Part shown: positions 1 through 10,202 of the stretch, piece by piece
Numbering within the stretch: the stretch's first letter is position 1
Layout of the letters: every line of letters begins with the position of its first letter
DNA from: an uncultured Verrucomicrobiae bacterium
Lineage (GTDB): Bacteria; Verrucomicrobiota; Verrucomicrobiia; Limisphaerales; Palsa-1400
Length of the DNA stretch: 64,000 bases
Assembly (NCBI GenBank): GCA_963702845.1
Contig: OY969763.1
Span: 3,520,001-3,584,000 of the forward strand
Reading direction: 5' to 3'
Made by a program: the position numbers and the translations under genes
Notes under the pieces: generated by a model
The model's input: only the letters and a program-made list of their open reading frames with translations
Databases searched by the model: none
What the model was told of the DNA's origin: nothing

Positions 1-207
1 CCACTCGTCCTGGAAATGCGGAAACTTCAGCATGTCCGCGACCGTATTGATTTCCTTGCGCGGATCCCATCCCGCCTTGCTCGCCCACTCGAGCCAAAAC
101 TGACTTCCCGTTTCCGGCGAGAAATGCCAATTGATGATCTCACGCAGATGCGCGTCGAGCTTCGTTTTCGCCTGTTCGATATCTGATTGAGCAACGGTCA
201 TTTGCAT
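1..207 (-). CDS. Partial (runs off window edge) putative AMP-dependent ligase-like protein, EhpF / phenylacetate-CoA-ligase-like
   Basis: Manual translation MQMTVAQSDIEQAKTKLDAHLREIINWHFSPETGSQFWLEWASKAGWDPRKEI...; the WHFSPETG.xFW motif recalls EhpF-like adenylating enzymes. Only the N-terminus is visible. Confidence 0.45.
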   Translation of the reverse strand, partial: MQMTVAQSDIEQAKTKLDAHLREIINWHFSPETGSQFWLEWASKAGWDPRKEINTVADMLKFPHFQDEW

Positions 208-462
208 TCGAAGCCGGTAACGTAGCGATTGTACGTGCACGCGACAAGGCCGCGATTCCAATTCCTGCGATACGTTGAAGTGGATGGCTACCTGTAAAAT
301 CAGCCGGAAGATTTGCTGGCTCGTTGTGACCGGCACCATCGCCCGGCCTATTCCCCGATGCCGCCTACGGTCATGTACTGTTTACAAGGCCACAGCGAAA
401 TCGTAGTCTCTCATCAAGCCACCGCCATGCGACAGCAACCGAACTATCATCGGAACAACGTC

Positions 463-1410
463 ATGACCGCTCGATTCACTTTATTCTCCGCACGGATAAA
501 TCGAACATTCCGCAACAGCGCCTTCACGTTGATCGAGTTGCTCGTCGTGATTGCGATTATCGCGATCCTCGCGTCCATGCTCTTGCCGTCCCTCGCGCGC
601 GCCAAAGAACGCAGCCGACAGATTTATTGCGTGGGCAACCTCAAACAACTCACCGCTGCGGCAAACCTCTATTCCGGTGATTACAACAATTTCTTTCCAC
701 CCAACCCGGATGATCACAACTCGCTTTTCGGCCACAATTGGTGCGCCGGTGACGCAGGCGTAGGACAGGCGCAGGAATTTGATTCCTCTGTTCTGACCGA
801 CACCAAAAAAACGATGATCACCCATTACATCGCTAAAAATCCAAGAATCTGGCGTTGTCCCGATGACGCTCGATCCGGGATTTTTAACGGTCAATCCGCT
901 TTAGCGGCGCGCAGCGTCTCGATGATAGGCTCTGTCGGAAGCGCGTGCCAAACCTGGATCGCTTCCCCCACTTCCGGCAATCATTGCGCCAACAGCTGCG
1001 GATCTGGTGCGACTATCGGCCCGTGGCTCGACGGTACCCAACATGGCAATCGGCACGACAGCCCGTGGGCCACCTTCGGCAGAGCAACGGATTTCCGCAA
1101 AACCGGTCCATCGCAAATCATCATGTTGCTTGAGGAAAGTCCGTTCTCTCTGAACGACGGATGTTTTGGGGTCGATTGCAGCAGCCCACAAGCAATCGAT
1201 CGCCCGGCCGACTGGCACAATAACGGTTGCGGCTTCGGTTTCTGCGATGGCCACGCCGAAACACACAGATGGAAGTCCACCTTGTTTCACCTCACCGCCA
1301 AAGCCAGCGGCCATCCCAGCGCAAATTCCTTCGTCGGCGGATCGAACGACTGGTACTGGCTGGCCTCTCATACGTCGGTCAACATGCAAACCGTCGGCAC
1401 CGGCTTCTAA
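463..1410 (+). CDS. Prepilin-type N-terminal cleavage/methylation protein with H-X9-DG motif (DUF1559-like)
   Basis: [30 protein letters not shown]-terminus and C-terminal [13 protein letters not shown]; the start could be 427 or 463. Confidence 0.9.
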   Translation: MTARFTLFSARINRTFRNSAFTLIELLVVIAIIAILASMLLPSLARAKERSRQIYCVGNLKQLTAAANLYSGDYNNFFPPNPDDHNSLFGHNWCAGDAGVGQAQEFDSSVLTDTKKTMITHYIAKNPRIWRCPDDARSGIFNGQSALAARSVSMIGSVGSACQTWIASPTSGNHCANSCGSGATIGPWLDGTQHGNRHDSPWATFGRATDFRKTGPSQIIMLLEESPFSLNDGCFGVDCSSPQAIDRPADWHNNGCGFGFCDGHAETHRWKSTLFHLTAKASGHPSANSFVGGSNDWYWLASHTSVNMQTVGTGF

Positions 1411-1493
1411 TTTGGGAATCTGTCCCATGAATGCTTACCGATCACTGCTTACTGTTTACTGAATCAGGAAAGGTGGTTAACGTGCAGGGACGT

Positions 1494-2018
1494 ATGCAAC
1501 GCTCTCTCGTCATGACCTTGATCGGGCCGGACCGCCCGGGCCTCGTCGAAGCTGTCGCCGAAATCGTCACCCAACATTCCGGTAACTGGCTAGAAAGCCG
1601 CATGTCACGACTCGGCGGTCATTTTGCCGGCATCTTGCGTGTTGAATTCCCCGCTGAACACGAAGAGAAAATTATTGCAGCGTTGCGCGCATTGGAATCA
1701 CGCGGCCTTAGCGTCATCATTCATCTCGATCATCCCACGCCCGAACCGACGGGCCATCGCTTTAGCGAAATCGAAATCGTCGGTCATGATCGCCCCGGCA
1801 TCGTGCGCGAAATTTCCCACGTGCTCGCCTCGCACGGCGTGAACGTCGAAGAGCTCGACACCGAACGCGGGAGCGCCGCCATGTCCGGCGAATCCATTTT
1901 CAAAGCGCGCGCGCAACTCCGAATCCCGAGCACCACCGACGTCCCCAAAATGCGCCGCGACCTCGAACGCATCGCCGCCGATCTGATCGTCGACATCTCG
2001 CTCAAGGAGCGCCTGTAA
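1494..2018 (+). CDS. gcvR: Tandem ACT-domain protein, GcvR-like glycine cleavage repressor family
   Basis: Two ACT motifs, GPDRPGLV and GHDRPGIV; NWLESRMSRLGGHFAGI. Confidence 0.8.
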   Translation: MQRSLVMTLIGPDRPGLVEAVAEIVTQHSGNWLESRMSRLGGHFAGILRVEFPAEHEEKIIAALRALESRGLSVIIHLDHPTPEPTGHRFSEIEIVGHDRPGIVREISHVLASHGVNVEELDTERGSAAMSGESIFKARAQLRIPSTTDVPKMRRDLERIAADLIVDISLKERL

Positions 2019-2024
2019 ACGTCG

Positions 2025-4235
2025 ATGATCGCGCGAGTAACTCTCGAAATTGCTCTCGGCAAAGACTTCGACTACGCCGTTCCCGAAGAGTTGCAGGATG
2101 CGGTGCAAATCGGCACGCGCGTTAAAGTTCCATTTGGCAACCGCACCGTCATGGGCTGTATCACCGCGCTGCCTGACTCATCCGCGCACGCAAACTTAAA
2201 ACCCATCGTCAACGTCATCGGCAAACAATCCCAGGTTACACCCAACGTCCTCAAACTCGCGCGCTGGATTGGCGAATATTATTGTTGCCCGCCCGAGATC
2301 GCTCTCAAAACCGTTTTGCCCGAAGCCGTCCGTCGCGAGAAAGATGGCTGGCGCGAACTCCTTTTCGTGCGCGCCTTGCAATCGCCCGAGGCGCCCAAAG
2401 TCACCAAACGCCAGCAAGACATCCTCGACATCGTCAACGCCCGACGTGAATTGCGCTTGCAGGAACTGGCCACGCTCGCGAACACCACCGCAGCGACCAT
2501 TCGAAAACTCGAAGACAAGGGTCTGCTCGAAATTGCTTCCAAAATTTCCGAGCGCGATCCCTATGCGCGCGAAATCATTCTGCCCAGCCAACCCCTTCTA
2601 CTAAACGCCGAACAAACCGTTGTTTTCAGCCAAATCACCGCAACGTTGGATTTGCAACAGGGTAAAACGTTTTTACTCCACGGTGTCACCGGCAGCGGCA
2701 AAACTGAAATTTATCTCCAAGCCATCGCGCACACCTTGAAGCAAGGCAAAGGCGCGATCATTCTCGTTCCCGAAATCGCGCTCACACCGCAAACCGTCGA
2801 GCGTTTCAAAGCCCGTTTCAGCAACGGCCCTTTGCAAACACTCGTCGCCGTTCTCCACAGCCATCTTAGCGCCGGCGAACGCCACGATGAATGGCACAAA
2901 ATTCGCCAGGGTCGCGCCCGCATCGTCATTGGCGCGCGTAGCGCCATTTTCGCGCCCGTCGAACCGCTCGGACTCATCATCGTGGACGAAGAACACGAAC
3001 ACTCCTATAAACAGGAAGAAGCGCCGCGCTATCACGCGCGTGACGTCGCTGTCGTTCGCGGGCAAATGGAAAATGCCGTCGTCGTTCTCGGTTCCGCCAC
3101 GCCGTCGCTCGAAAGTTTTTATAACGTCAAAAACAAGAAATACCGCCTGCTCGAGATGCCCACGCGCGTTGACGACAAAAAAATGCCGATCGTCCGTGTC
3201 GTCGATATGCGCCACGTGGCGCGCAAAGAAAAACAAGGCCCGCCCGTTTTTTCGCCCGAACTCAAGGAAGCGATGACCAAGCGCCTCGAGCGCAAAGAAC
3301 AAACCCTTCTGTTCCTCAATCGCCGAGGCTTCGCGACATCACTGCAGTGCAACCTCTGCGGTTACGTCGCGCAATGCCCCAACTGCAGCGTCTCGCTCAC
3401 CTACCATCGCGCCGCCGGAAAACTCATGTGCCACATCTGCGCCCATGAAACGAAGGCTCCGACAGTTTGTCCTGAGCGGAAATGCAAAAACCCCGGCATC
3501 CGCTACTCCGGTCTAGGCACCGAACGCGTCGAGGCCACGCTTACGAAAATTTTCCCACACGCGCGCATTCGCCGTATGGATTCTGACACGCTCAAGCGCA
3601 AGGAAGATTACCGCAACATTCTCGGCGACTTTCGCACCGGCAAAATCGACATCCTTGTCGGCACGCAAATGATCGCCAAGGGCCTGCATTTTCCGAACGT
3701 CACGCTCGTCGGCATCATCTTCGCCGACCTAAGCCTGCACATCCCCGATTTCCGCGCAGCCGAACGCACCTTCCAACTCCTCACCCAGGTTGCAGGTCGC
3801 GCGGGCCGAGGCGATGTCGAAGGCGAAGTGTTCGTGCAATCGTTCACGCCCTTTCATCCCGCGATTCAATATGCGCGACGGCACGACTTCACCGGTTTTT
3901 ATGATCAGGAAATCGAATTTCGCCAGCAACTCGAATACCCGCCGCTGAGCCGTATCGCGTTGATCACTTTGAAAGGCGTCAACGAAGACAAAGTCAAACT
4001 CAGCGCCGAACACGTGAAGCGCGAGATTGAAAAGCTCGCGTTCCCCAAACTCATCATCGCCGGCCCCGCCCCTGCTCCACTGGCGCGCGCCGAAACGAAG
4101 TTCCGTTACCAAATCATGTTGCGCACTCACCAAATGAGTAAACTCAGCCAACGATTGGCTGAGTTAAACAAGAGCCTCACGCTCCCGGAAGATGTTTCGA
4201 TGATGGTCGATGTGGATCCGGTTAACCTGATGTAA
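2025..4235 (+). CDS. priA: Primosomal protein N' (PriA helicase)
   Basis: LLHGVTGSGKTEIY, IIVDEEHE, Cys-rich zinc region, GTQMIAKGLHFPNVTLV, QVAGRAGR, C-terminal DVDP. Confidence 0.97.
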   Translation: MIARVTLEIALGKDFDYAVPEELQDAVQIGTRVKVPFGNRTVMGCITALPDSSAHANLKPIVNVIGKQSQVTPNVLKLARWIGEYYCCPPEIALKTVLPEAVRREKDGWRELLFVRALQSPEAPKVTKRQQDILDIVNARRELRLQELATLANTTAATIRKLEDKGLLEIASKISERDPYAREIILPSQPLLLNAEQTVVFSQITATLDLQQGKTFLLHGVTGSGKTEIYLQAIAHTLKQGKGAIILVPEIALTPQTVERFKARFSNGPLQTLVAVLHSHLSAGERHDEWHKIRQGRARIVIGARSAIFAPVEPLGLIIVDEEHEHSYKQEEAPRYHARDVAVVRGQMENAVVVLGSATPSLESFYNVKNKKYRLLEMPTRVDDKKMPIVRVVDMRHVARKEKQGPPVFSPELKEAMTKRLERKEQTLLFLNRRGFATSLQCNLCGYVAQCPNCSVSLTYHRAAGKLMCHICAHETKAPTVCPERKCKNPGIRYSGLGTERVEATLTKIFPHARIRRMDSDTLKRKEDYRNILGDFRTGKIDILVGTQMIAKGLHFPNVTLVGIIFADLSLHIPDFRAAERTFQLLTQVAGRAGRGDVEGEVFVQSFTPFHPAIQYARRHDFTGFYDQEIEFRQQLEYPPLSRIALITLKGVNEDKVKLSAEHVKREIEKLAFPKLIIAGPAPAPLARAETKFRYQIMLRTHQMSKLSQRLAELNKSLTLPEDVSMMVDVDPVNLM

Positions 4236-4261
4236 CCGGACCCACCCGACTTCAAAGTGCG

Positions 4262-7200
4262 CTAGCTGTTTCGGCTAACGGTAGTAACGGCTTTTCCGTT
4301 ACCGTTACCATTGGCGAAGCCCGCGGCATTCAAACCACCGATCAGCGCCGAGACCTGCATCAATTTGTTATTCAAATCATGCACCTGGCGGCGCTTTTCA
4401 AGCAAAGCCTGCTTGGCTTCATCACGTTCTTTCTCGAGCTTATCCGTAGCTTCAGATTGCGCAGCGAAACGAACGGCCAAATCCTGTTCGCGCTTTCTGG
4501 TGTCGGCCAAAACAGTCGCGTGCTTCTCTTCAATCGATTTGCGCAACTGAAGCTCAAGCTCCTTGATGTCGCGCGAACGTGACTCGGTAGCTTCCGCATC
4601 GCGACGGCGCAACTCCTCAGCGGATTGCGATCGCAATTCGCCGCGAACGTTCTCCAGCTTCGTTTGCCATTCCTGGTCGCGCTGGCGCAGCTTGGCTTGG
4701 AACATCTCTTCACGTTGCTGCGCGTCTTGCGCGAGCATCGCTTCAACGGCCTGGACGCGAGCGTCTGCCTGGCGTTGTGACTTCTCGTCGCGAGCGCGCA
4801 TGTCGGCCGACCACTGGTTCTGCAATTCGGCTTCGCGCGCCGCGGACTTCGCGGCGAGTTCGACTTCGCGCTGTTTGAGACGCGCGTGGAAAACCATTTC
4901 TTTCTGTTGCAATTCCTGCACCAGACGCGCATCCGCATCGTGCGCTTGTGCGACCAACTGCCGTTCCGTTTCAGCCTGGTGCCGGCGCAATTCCTCGTCG
5001 GCTTGCGCGTGCGATTCGTTCAAGCGCACTTCGGCTTGCGACTGCAATTGCTGCTCGCGTTGTTGGAGTTTGATCCGGGCGGATTCTTCGCGCTTATCAA
5101 CCTCTTGCTTCCAGCGTGCGTCCACTTCACGAACACGCGCTTCGAGCTGACGTTCCAAATCCATTTCGCGACGGCTCGACACATCTTCAGCGGCAGACTT
5201 CGCCTCGGCGACTTCAAGATCATGTGCCGCCGCTAATTCCTGCTCGCGCTGGCGCAAGCGACGTTCGAAATCTTCTTCGCGTTGGCGCAGCGATTTTTCA
5301 AATTCCATTTGTTGACGATCGGCACGTTGCTTCTCGTTGCGAACAGCCTTTTCAACTTCACGACCCGCATCCTCTTTGGATTGCGACATACGGACGACAA
5401 ACGCGTCCGACTGCTGTTTCAACTGCGCTTCGGCCATATCGCGAGCATGTATCGCTTCCTTCAAATCATGTGACATGTGGGCCGAAGCTTCCACCGCGGC
5501 CAACTCCGCATCAGCCATCTGCCGGCGCGCCTGGATGACCTGCGTTTTGCAATCTTCAGTCACCTCGATCAGTTTCTTCTGATGATCCGAAAGCATCGCC
5601 GTGCGTTCCGTTTCACTGGCGGCGCGTTGATTGTCCAATTCCTGGCGCAACTGCGTGATGCGCTCAGACCACGCATTTTGGCGTGCCTGAACCTGTCGTT
5701 CGATTTCCGACTTCTGGAAATCGCGCATCGCGTCCTTCTCCGCAATGGCGCGATTCAACGATTCAGCAAGGTCGCTAAATTTGGCGACCCACTCGCCTTC
5801 CTTCTGCGTCAATTCAGTCGCGTGCTGCACGGCAAACGCGTCAGCGCTTTCGCGAGCGGCCTGCAATTCAATTTCTTTTTCAGCAAGCGCTTTCTCGGCG
5901 GTTGCGTTCGCGTTAGCGATGGCGCGATCGCGAATCGCGATTTGCGCCGATGATTCACTCGCGAGACGTTCCGCGCGCAAAATCTTTTGCCGACCGGCGC
6001 GGATATAGAGCCAGTGCAGGCGACGACCGAAAAATCCGAGACGATGCGACGCACGTTTTTGTTCCGGCTTGAACAAGGTTGAGAACCCAATCTCGACCAT
6101 CAATGTCGGCAAAAACGCCACGATGAACGCGAGCACCGGATAGACCCAGATACGCACCATGCTGATCTGGTCCGTATACAAATCGCCACGTTCCTTGGCC
6201 GTTGCCTTGATCGTCACGGGACGTTGTCCGAGCAACAAACCGCGAACGATTTCAACCGTCGTCGCGATACGATAGACCTGCGTCTTCTTGATCGCCGCTT
6301 CGCGTTGGTCGTAAAAATCTGCCGCGGTTTTCGTCGCGGTATCGATCTGCGCCTGAATGCCGTCAACCTTTTGCGCCACCGCTGCGAACTCCTGGTTGAT
6401 CTGCTTCTCTTCTTCCGCGTATTGCGTGTCCACTGCAGCCTGCGCGACCATCAGCGCTTCACGTTTATGATCGGCTTCCTCGCGCTTGGCGCTGGAACGC
6501 GTATCAAACTGCTCGCGCAGCTTATGCGCATCATCCTCAATCTGCGCCACGCGCTGGCGACGCTTCGCGTTCACGCTGGCCAATTCCGATTCCTTCGTCT
6601 GGATCTGCGTATCGATTTCCGCGATCGCGGTTGGTTTCAGAATCGTATTATCCTCGCGCACAGGGGCGACGCCGGGATTGATCGGCTCTTTCATCAACTG
6701 CCGCTTCACAAAATTTGCGCCGTTATAAGCCGCCAGGTCCTTTTCATACGTTGCGCGTTTATTGGCGTAATCGGACATGCGGATTTTAAAATCATTTTCC
6801 AGCCGTGCTTCTTCGGCATTCCATTGCGAGGCCCGGCCGACTTCCGTTTCACGTTGCGCGCGCAAATCCGCGATCGCCTTCGTCAACTGTGCGCTATCGG
6901 CATCCGCCTGTTTGATGATCGTCGCCTGGCGCGCTTCCACTTCCGACAACTGTTGCTTCTGATAATCCGTCATCGAAATGGCATCCTGGCGCATCTCGCC
7001 GTTCAACTTCATTGCTTCGTCCAAATCCGATTTCGCTTTCGCCTTGCGGATACCCAGATCGACCAATTTAGCTTTGCGATCGACCTTCTTCACCGTAATC
7101 CCCACCAACTCACCTTTCAGTTGCGCAACCTTGGCATCTTCAGCAATCGCCTTTTCGAGCATCTGACTCGCCGGATTCATCGCCACGCCCATTTCATAAA

Positions 7201-7573
7201 CCGCCATGTCTTTGACGAGCTGAAACGTCAGCACGCAAATCAGCGGCAAACCGATCATCAACATGAAACCCTTCGCCCAACCCGTGCGCGACGCCGTCCA
7301 GATGGCCAGCGGCAACTTCAACGTTTCCACCGCAAGAATGGTCGCGCCAATCGGGCCGATGCCAAAGAAGCTGACGCCCATTCCCTGGGGCAAGCACACC
7401 ACCTGTTGATACTTCCAACCGGTGGCCAAAATCACAAATTCAACCACTGTCGCCATCACGATCAACGGCAGCGTCAAATACGAGATGCGTTTCGAATTCA
7501 AGAGCTGCCATAAACCCGACAAAACTCCGGCACGAGGGCCTTCTTGCGAACTGGCATAGGTATCGTTGTTCAT
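4262..7573 (-). CDS. Large membrane-anchored coiled-coil protein of unknown function
   Basis: 1103 aa; about three N-terminal hydrophobic segments, ~330 aa of coiled coil, a further TM segment (IWVYPVLAFIVAFLPTLMV), then ~580 aa of E/Q/R/A-rich coiled coil. Confidence 0.8.
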   Translation of the reverse strand: MNNDTYASSQEGPRAGVLSGLWQLLNSKRISYLTLPLIVMATVVEFVILATGWKYQQVVCLPQGMGVSFFGIGPIGATILAVETLKLPLAIWTASRTGWAKGFMLMIGLPLICVLTFQLVKDMAVYEMGVAMNPASQMLEKAIAEDAKVAQLKGELVGITVKKVDRKAKLVDLGIRKAKAKSDLDEAMKLNGEMRQDAISMTDYQKQQLSEVEARQATIIKQADADSAQLTKAIADLRAQRETEVGRASQWNAEEARLENDFKIRMSDYANKRATYEKDLAAYNGANFVKRQLMKEPINPGVAPVREDNTILKPTAIAEIDTQIQTKESELASVNAKRRQRVAQIEDDAHKLREQFDTRSSAKREEADHKREALMVAQAAVDTQYAEEEKQINQEFAAVAQKVDGIQAQIDTATKTAADFYDQREAAIKKTQVYRIATTVEIVRGLLLGQRPVTIKATAKERGDLYTDQISMVRIWVYPVLAFIVAFLPTLMVEIGFSTLFKPEQKRASHRLGFFGRRLHWLYIRAGRQKILRAERLASESSAQIAIRDRAIANANATAEKALAEKEIELQAARESADAFAVQHATELTQKEGEWVAKFSDLAESLNRAIAEKDAMRDFQKSEIERQVQARQNAWSERITQLRQELDNQRAASETERTAMLSDHQKKLIEVTEDCKTQVIQARRQMADAELAAVEASAHMSHDLKEAIHARDMAEAQLKQQSDAFVVRMSQSKEDAGREVEKAVRNEKQRADRQQMEFEKSLRQREEDFERRLRQREQELAAAHDLEVAEAKSAAEDVSSRREMDLERQLEARVREVDARWKQEVDKREESARIKLQQREQQLQSQAEVRLNESHAQADEELRRHQAETERQLVAQAHDADARLVQELQQKEMVFHARLKQREVELAAKSAAREAELQNQWSADMRARDEKSQRQADARVQAVEAMLAQDAQQREEMFQAKLRQRDQEWQTKLENVRGELRSQSAEELRRRDAEATESRSRDIKELELQLRKSIEEKHATVLADTRKREQDLAVRFAAQSEATDKLEKERDEAKQALLEKRRQVHDLNNKLMQVSALIGGLNAAGFANGNGNGKAVTTVSRNS

Positions 7574-7972
7574 AATTAGAAATCAGTTAACCGCGAATTC
7601 TCGGGAGCAGCTCGTATGCCAGTGGAGAAAAAGGCCGGGTAGAAACTCGCCTTGGCGCACGTCACGGAATGTCAATCAAACGACGCAACACATTGATTCA
7701 CAACTAACAGCACCGATGCCCCCCGCTCTCCGTTTATAACTGAGGAATAAACCGGCGGATGTGAGAACGTAGTTCGCGTGTTTGAGTGAGGAATGATTTC
7801 AAAATTTCAAAAGTTATGTTTTGAAACCAAAACTCAATTCGAGCTCTGAGGTGTTGCGAACGTCCACAAAAAAGCACAAAAACGGGGGCTAAAATCACCA
7901 CTTCTAACTGCGCAACCTGTTGCAGCTTTGGACATTGGTCGCGAATTTAACTTGTTTCTAAAAAACTTTTTT

Positions 7973-8010
7973 TAGGTGGCAGTAGGTGACAGTAGGTGAC
8001 CACAGGTGAC
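7973..8010. repeat. 4 x AGGTG(A/G)C direct repeat at exact 10-bp period
   Basis: taggtggc agtaggtgac agtaggtgac cacaggtgac. Confidence 0.9.
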
Positions 8011-8065
8011 TTTTTGGGCGGTTCCATCAAATCGCCAATCATCCACGAAAAAAGATCGCGGGAAT

Positions 8066-8135
8066 GTTGCTACTAGTTGCTACAACCAGCTACTTGTCAC
8101 AACAGGTAGCAACTTTTCGGTATCGAAAGTTGCTA
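8066..8135. repeat. GTTGCTAC repeats (10-bp period) plus inverted copy / hairpin
   Basis: gttgctac 8066 and 8076, ccagctac 8086, gtagcaac 8106; tagcaacttttcg-gtat-cgaaagttgcta imperfect palindrome 8107-8135. Confidence 0.8.
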
Positions 8136-8647
8136 TTTGCGAGCTGTCGATTTTTGATCACCCTTAGTGCCCCGCCTCCCCTACTCGGCGGTTACGGATT
8201 ATTTCAAAGAGCAAGCGCCGCTTTGCACAAGCCAGACGCACCAGGGATAACCCCAGCGAGGAGAGTAATACTAAGTGTCGCAACTACTTGTCAATCATTG
8301 AAGCGTTGATCAAAGCCAAGACACAAGGGCGGAGGAGGCGCAAAAACTGGAACGCGTTGTCCATTAATTAGACGTGAAATCTCGAACTTACTAAACTGTT
8401 CCTAATTGTGTGAGTTGACTTACTTTTTGAATAAGAGATCCAAATCAATTAGCTGACAGTGAAATAGAATTGATGCCCGAATCCTTTCCAAGCTCGAGTC
8501 CCCGAATCCATTCCCAAGCCCCATCGGAGCGCCATATTTATAGAAACAGCCCACCGTCAAATCACGCAAACTTCGACCTTCTATGTTCCACCGTTTGTGT
8601 CATGTTGACCTTAGCGAAGTGCCCTTCGCCAAGATCAGGAGCCGACT

Positions 8648-10036
8648 ATGTTCGAAAAACGCTTTTTCATACCCGGCCTCGCCCATGCTTCATATCTTTT
8701 TGGTGCCGATGGCCAAGCCGCCGTCGTCGATCCGAAACGCGATGTCGATGATTACATCGAAACCGCCCAACGAAACGGGCTCAAGATCGTCGCGATCTTC
8801 AATTCTCATCCGCACGCCGATTTCGCATCCGGCTTCATTGAACTGGCGCAGCGCACAGGCGCGAAGATTTACACCTCGCACCTTGCGCCGGCCACTTACC
8901 AGCGCGTCGCCGCCAAACATGGCGACCGCGTTCGCGTTGGCGGTCTCGAGGTCGAAATCCGGGAGACTCCCGGACACTCGCCAGACAGTCTCAGCTTCGT
9001 CGTGCATGAAAATGGCAAACCAATCGCCATTTACACCGGCGACTTGCTCTTTGTCGGTGACGTTGGCCGGCCCGACTTGCGCGATGCGGATGAAGATCCT
9101 TCCGCATTGGCCGCGAAACTTTACGATTCTCTCTTCAACGGAGTCTTCACTTTGCCGGACGACGTTCGTGTCTATCCCGCGCACGGCGCTGGCTCGCTCT
9201 GCGGACGCGCCATTTCGGACAGCCCGTTTTCGCTCATCGGTCAGGAACGCAAATTCAACTGGGCCGCCCAACTCAAGGACCAGAAAGAATTTGTCCGCCA
9301 GATGATCAGCAATCTGCCCGATCGTCCGGCCTATTTCAGTTACGACGTCGACATCAATCTGCGCGGCGCGACCCCTTTCAGCCAGCTTCCGGCCATCGCG
9401 CCGATCACTGAAACCGACCTGCAAACTGCAGCGGCCGAGGGCGCCGTGGTCATCGACACCCGACCGCCGCAAATGTTCGGCTCGGGACACTTCCCCGGCA
9501 GCCTTAACATCGGCCTCACCAGCGCCATGTTCGCCACCTGGGCCGGTTTCATGGTCCCGGGCGACAAACCCATCGCGCTCGTGGTCGGTTCGGCCGACGC
9601 GTTGCCCAAGGCGCGCCTGGAACTCGCGCGCATCGGGTTCGACAATATCATCGGCTACATCGAAGCCGACAATCTCACCAAAACCCGTCAGACCTCCCAA
9701 CTCAGCGTCAACGATCTCAAATCCGACCTCACCGTTGGCACCGCTCCGCTTGTCCTCGATGTCCGCACGCCGGGTGAATGGGCGTCCGACCACATCGAAG
9801 ACGCGCGGCACATTCCCCTGCCCCAACTCCGAAAAAAACTTAACACGCTCACCAAGACCCAGCGCATCGCCGTCATCTGCGGGAGCGGCTATCGCAGTTC
9901 TATCGCCACCAGCCTGCTCGCACGTGAACGTTTCGACCACGTTCAAAACGTGATGGGCGGGATGTCCGCCTATTCCGAAATCAAAACGCCCGAAATGCAT
10001 CCGGCCGATCTTGTTTTTCTAAGCGAAGGCATTTGA
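8648..10036 (+). CDS. MBL-fold metallo-hydrolase fused to two rhodanese domains (persulfide dioxygenase/sulfurtransferase-like)
   Basis: SHPHADF, TPGHSPD, YTGDLLFVGDVGRPDL, YPAHGAGSLCG; rhodanese LDVR...EW...HI and ICGSGYRS. Confidence 0.9.
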   Translation: MFEKRFFIPGLAHASYLFGADGQAAVVDPKRDVDDYIETAQRNGLKIVAIFNSHPHADFASGFIELAQRTGAKIYTSHLAPATYQRVAAKHGDRVRVGGLEVEIRETPGHSPDSLSFVVHENGKPIAIYTGDLLFVGDVGRPDLRDADEDPSALAAKLYDSLFNGVFTLPDDVRVYPAHGAGSLCGRAISDSPFSLIGQERKFNWAAQLKDQKEFVRQMISNLPDRPAYFSYDVDINLRGATPFSQLPAIAPITETDLQTAAAEGAVVIDTRPPQMFGSGHFPGSLNIGLTSAMFATWAGFMVPGDKPIALVVGSADALPKARLELARIGFDNIIGYIEADNLTKTRQTSQLSVNDLKSDLTVGTAPLVLDVRTPGEWASDHIEDARHIPLPQLRKKLNTLTKTQRIAVICGSGYRSSIATSLLARERFDHVQNVMGGMSAYSEIKTPEMHPADLVFLSEGI

Positions 10037-10097
10037 GCAACGGGCGCGAGGCGCGGCGCCAAATGCAGGGCCCCCCACCCTTCCAGGGGGTTCGAAC

Positions 10098-10188
10098 CGT
10101 TACATCGTTACAACCCTTGTAAACATTGGGGATTTTTGCATTTTACCCGTTACAAAAGGCGTTACAGACCCTCTGCGGAGGCGTTACA
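10098..10188. repeat. 5 x CGTTACA direct repeats
   Basis: Copies at 10098, 10106, 10148, 10160 and 10182; spacer cccttgtaaacattgggg lies between copies 2 and 3. Confidence 0.9.
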
Positions 10189-10202
10189 AGCCATCTCACA
10201 CC

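Noticed and set aside
4262..7573. SMC / chromosome segregation ATPase
   Set aside because: No Walker A/B motifs or hinge, and TM segments are present.
8690..10000. Long antisense ORFs (for example 8690-10000, 6224-7513, 45879-46973, 61799-62713)
   Set aside because: They are shadows of well-supported genes on the opposite strand in GC-rich DNA.
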